Shown piece after piece: positions 36,397-43,923 of a stretch of DNA of 64,000 nt. Both the position numbers and the translations under genes were made by a program. The notes under the pieces are model-generated. The model did not search any database, was not told where the DNA came from, and saw nothing but the letters and a program-made list of their open reading frames with translations. Source of the DNA: an uncultured Hyphomicrobiales bacterium. GTDB lineage: Bacteria; Pseudomonadota; Alphaproteobacteria; Rhizobiales; Amorphaceae. The first letter of the stretch is position 1; every line of letters starts with the position of its first letter. The DNA is taken from contig CAZJNX010000002.1 of assembly GCA_964547415.1 (NCBI GenBank), positions 66-64,065 of the forward strand, given 5' to 3'.

Positions 36397-38232
36397 ATGA
36401 ACGTGCCGGCGGACATCGCGATGTGGGCGACCTTCGCCGTCATCGCGGTCTCCATTGTCCTTTACGCCGCCGAGCGCTTCTCCATCGAGGCGATCAGCCT
36501 CGGGGTGATCGCGGCCTATCTCGTGATCTTCGTGGTGCTGGACCTGCCGGCGGGGCAGCGGCCGGTGACCGCCGAGGACATCCTGTCGGGCTTCGCCAAC
36601 CCGGGCCTCATCACCATCCTCGCCCTCCTCATCGTCGGGCAGGGCCTGTTCCACACCGACGCGCTGGAGCGGCCCGCCCAGGTGATGGTGGACTTCGTGA
36701 AGGGCAACGGCATCGCCGCCGTCACCCTCGTGTTCCTGGTGATCGCGGGCCTGTCGGCCTTCCTCAACAACACCCCCGTCGTGGTCATGTTCCTGCCGCT
36801 CATGAGCGCGCTCGCGAACTCCCTCGGGATGCCGCCCGCGCGCTTCCTGATGCCGCTCTCCTTCATCACCATCCTCGGCGGCATGACGACGCTGATCGGC
36901 TCGTCCACCAACCTCCTCGCCGCGGACGTCGCCCGGCGGGCGGACAGCGTGGACCTCCAGTTCTTCTCGTTCACGCCGATCGCGCTGATGCTGGCCGGGA
37001 TCGGGGCATTCTACGTGCTCGGCGTCATGCCGCTCCTCCTGAAGCCGCGGCGCACCATGGCCGACGAGATGCGCATCGGCTCGGGCAAGCAGTTCATCGC
37101 CGAGATCGCGGTGAAGCCCGGCCACGCCCTCGTCGGCGCGGCGCCGGTCTCGGGCCTGTTTCCCCAGCTCAAGGACATGACGGTCCGCCTCGTCCAGCGC
37201 GGGGAGAAGCCCTACCTGCCGCCCTTCGAGAACCTCACCCTGCAGCCCGGCGACGTGGTCATCGTGGCGGCGACGCGCAACGCCCTCCAGAAGGCCCTGT
37301 CGGGCCGCGCCGCCGTCCTGTCGGGCGCCAAGGTGACGACGGAGGAGGACGGCACCGCGACCCGCCTGCCCCCCGGGGTGGTCACCCTCGCCGAAGGGAT
37401 CGTGGCGCCCGGCTCCCGCCTCATCGGGCGCACCATCTCCCAGGCGGGCTTCCGGTCCGAGACCGGGTGCGTCGTCCTCGGCATCCAGCGGCGCAGCCGC
37501 ATGCCGCGGATGCCCATGTCCGAGATCCGCCTCGAGGCGGGCGACGTTCTCCTCCTCGCGGGTCCGCGGGGGGCGATCGACGGGCTGCGCGGCAACCGGG
37601 ACGTCCTCCTCGTCGACTGGACGGCGAGCGACGTGCCGCTGCGCCGCCGCGCGCCCGTCGCCCTCGCCATCTTCGCGGCGGTGGTGGTGGCGGCGGCGAG
37701 CGGGGCGGTGCCCATCGTGGTCGCGGCGCTCCTCGGCGTCATCGCCATGCTCGCGACGCAGTGTCTCAACGTGCGCCAGGCGACGCGGGTGATCGACGGG
37801 CGCATCGTGATGCTGATCGCCGCGGCGATCGCCTCGGCGGCGGCGCTCCAGGCGACCGGCGGGGCGGAGCGGATCGCGAGCCTCATGATCGGCGCCATGG
37901 ACGGGCAGAGCCCGGCGGTCGTCCTCTCGGTCCTGTTCATCACGGTGGCCGTCACCACCAACATCTTGACCAACAACGCCGCCGCGGTGCTGTTCACCCC
38001 GATCGCGCTGGGCCTCGCCGAGCGGCTGGGGCTTCCCGGCGAGCCGTTCGTGGTGACGGTGATCCTGGCGGCCAACTGCTCCTTCGCGACGCCCGTCGCC
38101 TACCAGACGAACCTTCTGGTGATGGGGCCGGGCCACTACCGCTTCGTCGATTTTGTCGTGGCTGGCGTGCCCCTCGTTCTGCTACTGTGGGCCGCGTTCA
38201 GCTTGGTGGCCCCCTGGTACTACGGCCTGTGA
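36397..38232 (+). CDS. SLC13/DASS-family anion:sodium symporter with two central TrkA-C domains
   Basis: 611 aa with a GGAGG Shine-Dalgarno. Hydrophobic N- and C-terminal halves carry the motifs AFLNNTPVV and ANCSFATPVAYQTN. They flank two TrkA-C-like segments (AEIAVKPGHALVG..., AEGIVAPGSRLIGRTI...). Confidence 0.9.
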   Translation: MNVPADIAMWATFAVIAVSIVLYAAERFSIEAISLGVIAAYLVIFVVLDLPAGQRPVTAEDILSGFANPGLITILALLIVGQGLFHTDALERPAQVMVDFVKGNGIAAVTLVFLVIAGLSAFLNNTPVVVMFLPLMSALANSLGMPPARFLMPLSFITILGGMTTLIGSSTNLLAADVARRADSVDLQFFSFTPIALMLAGIGAFYVLGVMPLLLKPRRTMADEMRIGSGKQFIAEIAVKPGHALVGAAPVSGLFPQLKDMTVRLVQRGEKPYLPPFENLTLQPGDVVIVAATRNALQKALSGRAAVLSGAKVTTEEDGTATRLPPGVVTLAEGIVAPGSRLIGRTISQAGFRSETGCVVLGIQRRSRMPRMPMSEIRLEAGDVLLLAGPRGAIDGLRGNRDVLLVDWTASDVPLRRRAPVALAIFAAVVVAAASGAVPIVVAALLGVIAMLATQCLNVRQATRVIDGRIVMLIAAAIASAAALQATGGAERIASLMIGAMDGQSPAVVLSVLFITVAVTTNILTNNAAAVLFTPIALGLAERLGLPGEPFVVTVILAANCSFATPVAYQTNLLVMGPGHYRFVDFVVAGVPLVLLLWAAFSLVAPWYYGL

Positions 38233-38451
38233 CGGCCCCCGGCCGCCCCGCGCGGTGAGGCGGGTCAGGCGCCCGCCCCGTCGGCGGGGCCGGAGGGCCG
38301 CGCCGGACCAGGGGCCCGGGCCGGACGCATCGGCGGAGCGCCGGGCGGAAGGAGCGGGGCGGCACGGCCACCCCGGCGGCGGAGGAACGCCCCCGCGCGA
38401 AAAGGCCGCGCCGGGTGGCGGCGGGATGCAAGGAGACGTGATCGGCCTCCC

Positions 38452-39201
38452 ATGACACGCCTTTGGACGGACAATCCCCAGTTCTACCTGACGGCGCCCG
38501 CGCCCTGCCCCTACCTTCCCGACCGGCTCGAGCGGAAGGTGTTCACCCATCTCGTGGGCGAGCGGGCGACGGCCCTCAACGACGTCCTCACCCAGGGCGG
38601 CTTCCGCCGCAGCCAGAACATCGCCTACCGCCCGGCGTGCGAGGGATGCCGGGCGTGCGTGTCGGTGCGGGTCCTCGCCGGGGCGTTCGAGTGGACGCGG
38701 TCCTTCCGCCGCATCCGCAACGCCAACGCGGACGTCGCGGGCCGGGAGATCGATTCCGCCCCCTCCTCGGAGCAGTACGCCCTCTTCCGCGCCTATCTCG
38801 ACGATCGCCACGCGGACGGCGGGATGGCCGACATGTCCGTCCTCGACTACGCCATGATGGTGGAGGACACCCACGTGGAGACGATCCTCGTGGAGTATCG
38901 CGTGGCGCCCGCGCCCGACGACACGGAGGAGGACCGGCGGGCGGGCGGACGCCTCATCGCCTGTGCCCTCACCGACGTCCTCTCGGACGGGCTGTCCATG
39001 GTCTACTCGTTCTTCGAGCCGGACGAGGCCCACCGAAGCCTCGGCACCTACATGATCCTCGACCACGTGGAGCGTGCGCGGCGGATGGGCCTGCCGTACG
39101 TCTACCTCGGCTACTGGGTGAACGGCTCGCCCAAGATGGACTACAAGAAGCGCTTCCAGCCCCAGGAGCACCTGGGCCCCCAGGGCTGGCGCCGCGCCTG
39201 A
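38452..39201 (+). CDS. bpt: Arginyl-tRNA-protein transferase-like aspartate/glutamate leucyltransferase (N-end rule)
   Basis: The sequence ...[21 protein letters not shown]...[27 protein letters not shown]...SMVYSFFEP...[26 protein letters not shown] fits the family. Confidence 0.9.
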   Translation: MTRLWTDNPQFYLTAPAPCPYLPDRLERKVFTHLVGERATALNDVLTQGGFRRSQNIAYRPACEGCRACVSVRVLAGAFEWTRSFRRIRNANADVAGREIDSAPSSEQYALFRAYLDDRHADGGMADMSVLDYAMMVEDTHVETILVEYRVAPAPDDTEEDRRAGGRLIACALTDVLSDGLSMVYSFFEPDEAHRSLGTYMILDHVERARRMGLPYVYLGYWVNGSPKMDYKKRFQPQEHLGPQGWRRA

Positions 39202-39995
39202 CGCCCGCGCCCGGTCGTCTCGCCGGCCCGGCACGATCCTTCCCAGAAGGCGCCGCCGAGGGGAGCGGCCGCCGCGGCGTTCTTCTTCATGTGTTCGAAG
39301 GAGGCGTGCTCGAGGATGCGGGGCCAGGCCGCCGCCGAGGGGGCGATGGCGAGGAAGGCCGCGATCCGCCGGATCTCTCCCTCCATGTCGCGCTTCAGGT
39401 CCTCGAAATGGACGAGGAGGACGTTGGGCAGGTGGCGCACCGCCCACTAGCTGCGAACGTTCTCGAAGAACGGCCAGAACGGGGCGCCGTCCTCCTCGAG
39501 CCAGGTGCGGAAACAGGCGTTGCGGTCCGCCGGGGCCGGGGGGAGCGGCGGGCCCACGCGGCCGGGCGTGTCGTTGATGGCCTCGAAGAAGGCCGCGTTG
39601 GCGTTGGCGTGGTGGTTGTGGAGCGACCACGCCACGTCCCGCCCGTCCCGGCCGACGTAGACCTACCGGGCCTTCGGCGAGACGACGAGGGCGTCCACCG
39701 GCAGGTGCGTCTTGACGAAGCGGCGGTGGGCCTGCGCCTCGAGGGCGCCGAGCTTCACCTCCCTTGGCGGGATCCTGAGGTCGACCCAGGGCGACAGCTC
39801 CGAGACCGCCACGCCCGGAGCGCCGTCGAAGATGAGCTGGCTGACGATCTGTTGCATCCAGGTGGTCCCGGACTTGGCGTAGGTGACGATCACCACGTCG
39901 CCCTCACGGAAGCGGAAGTCGTCCCACACCGTGCTATCCATGTGGTGATTGTGCATGTGCCGCGTCTTGACCGGCAAAGGGCCGTGTTGCTGCAT
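39202..39995 (-). pseudogene. Sulfotransferase-family gene remnant: two in-frame TAG codons and a truncated 3' end
   Basis: One frame runs from ATG 39995: ...GDVVIVTYAKSGTTWMQQIVSQ...KTHLPVDALVVSPKAR[TAG 39665-39663]VYVGRDGRDVAWSLHNHH...FWPFFENVRS[TAG 39449-39447]WAVRHLPNVLLVHFEDLKRD...APLGGAFWEG. Homology then stops about 35 bp from the bpt stop codon. Confidence 0.8.
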
Positions 39996-40223
39996 GGCCT
40001 CGCTCCAGCGCGTCGTGTCGCGACGGCAGGTATGGCACGGGAACGGGCCGTCGCCGGCGTGGCAGGGGTGCAGGCGCCCTGTCCCGACCGATAGGCGCCG
40101 CCACCCGCCGGCATCGGCCGGACGCGGACGGGCCGCCGGCAAGCGTGCGCCGCTTCCGGTGTCATGGCGCAGCTGGCTGTCGCGGGGCTTGCCAGCGGGC
40201 GGGCGCCCGCGGCCGGCCGGCGA

Positions 40224-40748
40224 TCAGGAGATGATGGAGCGGGTGTGGGGGTCCGGGCCGAACTCGGAGGCCGAGCGCACGGACAACAGGTCGGCGAGGC
40301 GGTTGCGGGCGCGGTTCACGCGGCTCTTCACCGTGCCGACGGCGCAGCCGCAGATCTCGGCCGCCTCCTCGTAGGAAAAGCCCGACGCGCCGACGAGGAT
40401 GAGCGCCTCGCGCTGGTCGTCCGCGAGCTGGGCGAGGGCCTGCTTGAAGTCGGAAAGGTCGAGGTGCCCGTCCTGCTCGGGGTGGGTTGACAGCATCGCC
40501 GCCAGGCTGCCGTCCGCGTCCTCCACCTCCCGGCGCTTGCGGCGATACTCGGAGTAGTAGACGTTGCGCAGGATGGTGAACAGCCAGGCCCGCATGTTGG
40601 TGCCGGGCTGGAACGTCTCGATATTCGCCCACGCCTTCATCAAGGCTTCCTGGACCAGGTCGTCGGCACGTTCGGGATTGCCGCACAGGCTGACCGCGAA
40701 CGCGCGCAGATTGGGTATCTGGGCGACGAGCAGTTCTCGCGTTTCCAT
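40224..40748 (-). CDS. ecfG: ECF sigma factor of the EcfG (general stress response) type
   Basis: The sequence METRELLVAQIPNLRAFAVSLCGNPERADDLVQEALMKAW...MRAWLFTILRNVYYSEYRR...DQREALILVGASGFSYEEAAEICGCAVGTVKSRVNRAR fits the type. It sits immediately downstream of nepR and divergent from phyR. Confidence 0.9.
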   Translation of the reverse strand: METRELLVAQIPNLRAFAVSLCGNPERADDLVQEALMKAWANIETFQPGTNMRAWLFTILRNVYYSEYRRKRREVEDADGSLAAMLSTHPEQDGHLDLSDFKQALAQLADDQREALILVGASGFSYEEAAEICGCAVGTVKSRVNRARNRLADLLSVRSASEFGPDPHTRSIIS

Positions 40749-40933
40749 CAGGACCCTTTGCCGGACTTGTCGCTCGTGACCTCGTCCAGCTTCTCGAGGA
40801 GATGAAGAAGGCGTGGCGGAATCGGTTCGGCCAGCACCTCGCTGTACATCGCCTTCAGTTGCTGACCGATCAGGTGCTGCATCGGGTCGTCTTTTTCATG
40901 ATCTTCCACGTGATCCGCGTCGCCTTTGGTCAT
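40748..40933 (-). CDS. nepR: NepR-type anti-sigma factor (61 aa)
   Basis: ATG 40933 with a GGAG Shine-Dalgarno. IGQQLKAMYSEVLAEPIPPRLLHLLEKLD is the conserved NepR helix motif. The stop overlaps the ecfG start (ATGA at 40746-40750). Confidence 0.8.
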   Translation of the reverse strand: MTKGDADHVEDHEKDDPMQHLIGQQLKAMYSEVLAEPIPPRLLHLLEKLDEVTSDKSGKGS

Positions 40934-41030
40934 GTCCGCTCCGCGTCCGGTCTCTCCTCCTCGACCGGTGCCTTGGTCCGGGCGCACGCGATCCGGCGAA
41001 AACTCGCTGCACCTGCCCGCAACCAATCAA

Positions 41031-41058
41031 TGAACTCGGCGGCCCCCGGTCGGGTTCC
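41031..41058. promoter_or_regulatory. Overlapping, face-to-face EcfG-type promoter-like motifs in the nepR-phyR intergenic region
   Basis: Minus strand: GGAAC (41058-41054), N17, AGTT (41036-41033), directed at nepR-ecfG. Plus strand: TGAAC (41031-41035), N17, GGTT (41053-41056), directed at phyR. The consensus is GGAAC-N16/17-CGTT. Each -35 element overlaps (as reverse complement) the -10-like element of the opposing promoter, partially for GGAAC and fully for TGAAC. Confidence 0.4.
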
Positions 41059-41169
41059 CACGTTGACGCTGCCCGTGCGTTCGGTGTCAATGGCCTCACC
41101 GAGCGCAGCGACGCCGGGGCCGTGCGGCCCGCGCCGCCCGCTACATTTCAGAACCTGCGAGGTTTGTCG

Positions 41170-41964
41170 ATGTCCCTTGGCCAGACGATCGCGCCACACC
41201 TGCCGTACCTGCGCCGGTTCGCCCGCGCCCTCACGGGCGACCAGCCGAGCGGCGATGCCTACGTGGAGGCCCTCCTCGAGGCGCTCATCGCCGACCCCGG
41301 CATGTTCCGCAAGGGCGCCGCGCCCCGCGTCGAGCTCTACCGCCTGATGATCGCGATCTGGGACTCCGTGTCCGTCAACCACGAGCAGGCGACGCCCCTG
41401 TCCGCCCACGAGCGGCGGCTCGACAGCATGGTGCCCCGGGCGCGCCAGGCCTTCCTCCTCGCCACGGTGGAGGGCTTCACCATGGGCGAGGTCGCCGAGA
41501 TCCTCGGCACCGACGCCTCGGGCGTCGCCGCCCTCATCGACGAGGCCGGCAAGGCCATGTCCGAGCAGGTGGCGACCAACGTCCTCATCATCGAGGATGA
41601 GCCGCTGATCGCCATGGACCTCGAGGCGCTGGTCGAGGCGCTCGGCCACCGCGTGGCGGGCGTGGCACGCACCCACACCGAGGCGGTGGCCGCCGTGGCG
41701 AAGGAGCGGCCGGGCCTCGTCCTCGCCGACATCCAGCTCGCCGACGGCTCGTCCGGCCTCGAGGCGGTGAACGAGATCCTGGAAGGCATCAGCGTCCCGG
41801 TCATCTTCATCACCGCCTACCCGGAGCGGCTCCTCACGGGCGAGCGGCCCGAGCCCGCCTTCCTCATCACCAAGCCGTTCGACACCGACATGGTGAAGGC
41901 GGTGATCAGCCAGGCCCTCTTCTTCGACCGGCGCGCCGGCCCCCGGTCGATCCACGCCGCCTGA
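41170..41964 (+). CDS. phyR: PhyR anti-anti-sigma response regulator (sigma-like N-terminal domain + receiver)
   Basis: MSLGQTIAPHLPYLRRFARALTGDQ..GDAYV... is the sigma-like domain. NVLIIEDEPLIAMDLEALV...VLADIQLADGSSGL...PVIFITAYPERL is the receiver. Confidence 0.92.
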   Translation: MSLGQTIAPHLPYLRRFARALTGDQPSGDAYVEALLEALIADPGMFRKGAAPRVELYRLMIAIWDSVSVNHEQATPLSAHERRLDSMVPRARQAFLLATVEGFTMGEVAEILGTDASGVAALIDEAGKAMSEQVATNVLIIEDEPLIAMDLEALVEALGHRVAGVARTHTEAVAAVAKERPGLVLADIQLADGSSGLEAVNEILEGISVPVIFITAYPERLLTGERPEPAFLITKPFDTDMVKAVISQALFFDRRAGPRSIHAA

Positions 41965-41969
41965 CAGAC

Positions 41970-42010
41970 GCCGCCGCCCGACCCCCCGCCCGGAGGAACC
42001 GGGCGGCGGC
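41970..42010 (+). terminator. 11-bp GC stem hairpin directly after phyR (terminator-like, no U-tract)
   Basis: GCCGCCGCCCG (41970-41980), a 19-nt loop, then CGGGCGGCGGC (42000-42010). Confidence 0.3.
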
Positions 42011-42236
42011 CCCCGTCCCTGCCGGCCCCCCGGGCCGGGGCGGCGACCGCCCGCGACCGCCAACCGCCCCTCGCCGCCGGGGCGGCGGGACAGCCGGCGG
42101 CTCGCACCGGGCGGTGGTGCTTCGTCCACGCCGCGCGCACCCGCGCGGCCCGACGCGCCCGGCACGGCGCCGTTTTGGGGAAAGATTCCGCTTCCCTCGA
42201 GTTGCACCCGCCAGAGACCGTCTCGGCAGGTCGAGG

Positions 42237-43769
42237 ATGCAGGACACCCCATCCCCCGCGGACGCGCCGGCCGTGCTGGCGCCCGGGCGCACCGCCTGGC
42301 GCATCGCCCATGCCTCGCGCTTCGCGCTCCTCGTCGACGCCGCCGACTACTTCGCCGCCGCCCGCGCGGCCATGCTGAAGGCGGAGCGGTCGATCATGCT
42401 CGTCGGCTGGGACTTCGACCTGCGCATCGACCTCGTCCCCGACGGGCCCGCGGACGACATGCCGGAGCGGCTCGGCCCGTTCCTGAAGGCGCTCGTCCGC
42501 CGGAAGCCCCACCTCCTCGTCCGCGTCCTCAAGTGGGACATGTCGGTCTTCCTCACCGTCAAGGACCAGATGCTCCCCCTCTTCCTCCTCGACCTGAAGG
42601 CGGCCTCCTGCATCCGCCTGCGCTTCGACGGGGAGCACCCCCTCACCGCGGCCCACCACCAGAAGATCGCGGTGATCGACGACCGCCTCGCCTTCTGCGG
42701 CGGCATCGACATGACGAGCGACCGCTGGGACACGCGCCGGCACCTGCCCGGCGACCGGCGGCGCCGGCGGCCGGACGGCTCGATCTCGGGCCCCTGGCAC
42801 GACGCGACGACGGTAGTGGACGGCGAGGCCGCGCGGGCCCTCGGCGAGCTCGCGCGGGAGCGGTGGCGCATGGCGACCGGGGTGGAGATCGACCCGCCCC
42901 GCGCGGAGGGGAGCGACCCGTGGCCCGACGGCGTGGCGCCCGACCTGCGGGACGTTGCGGTGGGCATCTCCCGCACCATGCCCGCCTGGAAGGGCCGGCC
43001 CGCCGTCCGCGAGATCGAGGCGCTCCACCTCGCCGCCATCGCCGCCGCGCGGCGCACGATCTACCTGGAGAGCCAGTACCTCGCCTCGGTCGCCGTCGCC
43101 GACGCCATCGGCCGCCGCCTCGGGGAGGCGGACGGGCCCGAGGTGGTGATCGTGAACCCGCTCGAGACCGCGGGCTGGCTGCAGCAGGAGACGGTGGGCG
43201 TCGCCCGCGATCTCAACCTCGCGGCCCTTCACCGGGCCGACCGCCACGGCCGCCTCGGCATCTACCATCCGGTCGACGCGGCCGGCGAGGCGATCTACGT
43301 CCACGCCAAGGTGCTCGTGGTGGACGACCGACTGATCCGCGTGGGCTCGTCCAACGCCAGCAACCGCTCCATGGGTTTCGACACCGAGTGCGACCTCTCG
43401 GTCGAGGCGGGCCGGGAGGGCGACCGGGAGCGGATCCGCGCCATGCGAGACGACCTCCTCGCCGAGCACCTCGACCGCAGCCCCGGGGAGCTGCGCGCGG
43501 CGATCGCGGAGGCGGGCTCGCTCCTCGGCGCCGTCGAGGCGCTGCGCCGGCCGGAAGGGCGGTCCCTCCGGCCCATTCCCGTCCGCCCGGTGTCGGACGC
43601 CGAGGTGGCGCTCGTGCGCTCGCGCCTCGCCGACCCGGAGCGACCCACGCGGCCGGAACGCCGCGTCCAGCACCTTCTGAAGCGCCTCGTGCTCAGGGCG
43701 CCGGCGACATCGGCAGCGGTCGTCCTCGCCGCGATCGCGCTTCCCGTCGTCGCTCTCCTCGCCCTTTGA
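42237..43769 (+). CDS. Phospholipase D-family protein (two HKD motifs) with C-terminal TM anchor
   Basis: The motifs are HHQKIAVIDDRLAFCGGIDM and VHAKVLVVDDRLIRVGSSNASNRS. The protein ends AAVVLAAIALPVVALLAL. Confidence 0.85.
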   Translation: MQDTPSPADAPAVLAPGRTAWRIAHASRFALLVDAADYFAAARAAMLKAERSIMLVGWDFDLRIDLVPDGPADDMPERLGPFLKALVRRKPHLLVRVLKWDMSVFLTVKDQMLPLFLLDLKAASCIRLRFDGEHPLTAAHHQKIAVIDDRLAFCGGIDMTSDRWDTRRHLPGDRRRRRPDGSISGPWHDATTVVDGEAARALGELARERWRMATGVEIDPPRAEGSDPWPDGVAPDLRDVAVGISRTMPAWKGRPAVREIEALHLAAIAAARRTIYLESQYLASVAVADAIGRRLGEADGPEVVIVNPLETAGWLQQETVGVARDLNLAALHRADRHGRLGIYHPVDAAGEAIYVHAKVLVVDDRLIRVGSSNASNRSMGFDTECDLSVEAGREGDRERIRAMRDDLLAEHLDRSPGELRAAIAEAGSLLGAVEALRRPEGRSLRPIPVRPVSDAEVALVRSRLADPERPTRPERRVQHLLKRLVLRAPATSAAVVLAAIALPVVALLAL

Positions 43770-43782
43770 CCGCGCCCCGTCC

Positions 43783-43849
43783 GCGCCCGGGGCGGGGGCC
43801 GGCGCAAGCGCCCGGGGCGGGGGCCGGCGCAAGCGCCCGGGACGGGCCG
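43783..43849. repeat. Tandem repeat, 25-nt unit x 2.7 (GCGCCCGGGGCGGGGGCCGGCGCAA)
   Basis: There are identical copies at 43783-43807 and 43808-43832, and a partial diverged copy at 43833-43849. It lies in the intergenic space between the PLD and the P-type ATPase. Confidence 0.85.
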
Positions 43850-43923
43850 TGCGCCCGCCACGGCCGCTTGCGCGTGCAACCGATCGTCCGCCACGCCGTT
43901 GGCGGGCGCGAAGAGGAGCCTTG

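Noticed and set aside
38233-38451. Small ORFs in GC-rich intergenic gaps, for example 38153-38455, 38198-38458, 46385-47434 and 17622-17945.
   Set aside because: They have Arg/Pro/Gly-dominated composition and no Shine-Dalgarno. They overlap better-supported genes or lie antisense to them.
24090-39665. Amber (TAG) recoding or pyrrolysine-type reassignment as an explanation for the three in-frame TAG codons.
   Set aside because: I saw no pyl genes or suppressor tRNA in the window. TAG is also used as an ordinary terminator here (for example at 47033, 51643 and 62584). The sulfotransferase also carries a 3' deletion, which makes it a plain pseudogene. The implied ancestral residues (Tyr, Trp, probably Ser) differ, so no single recoded amino acid fits.
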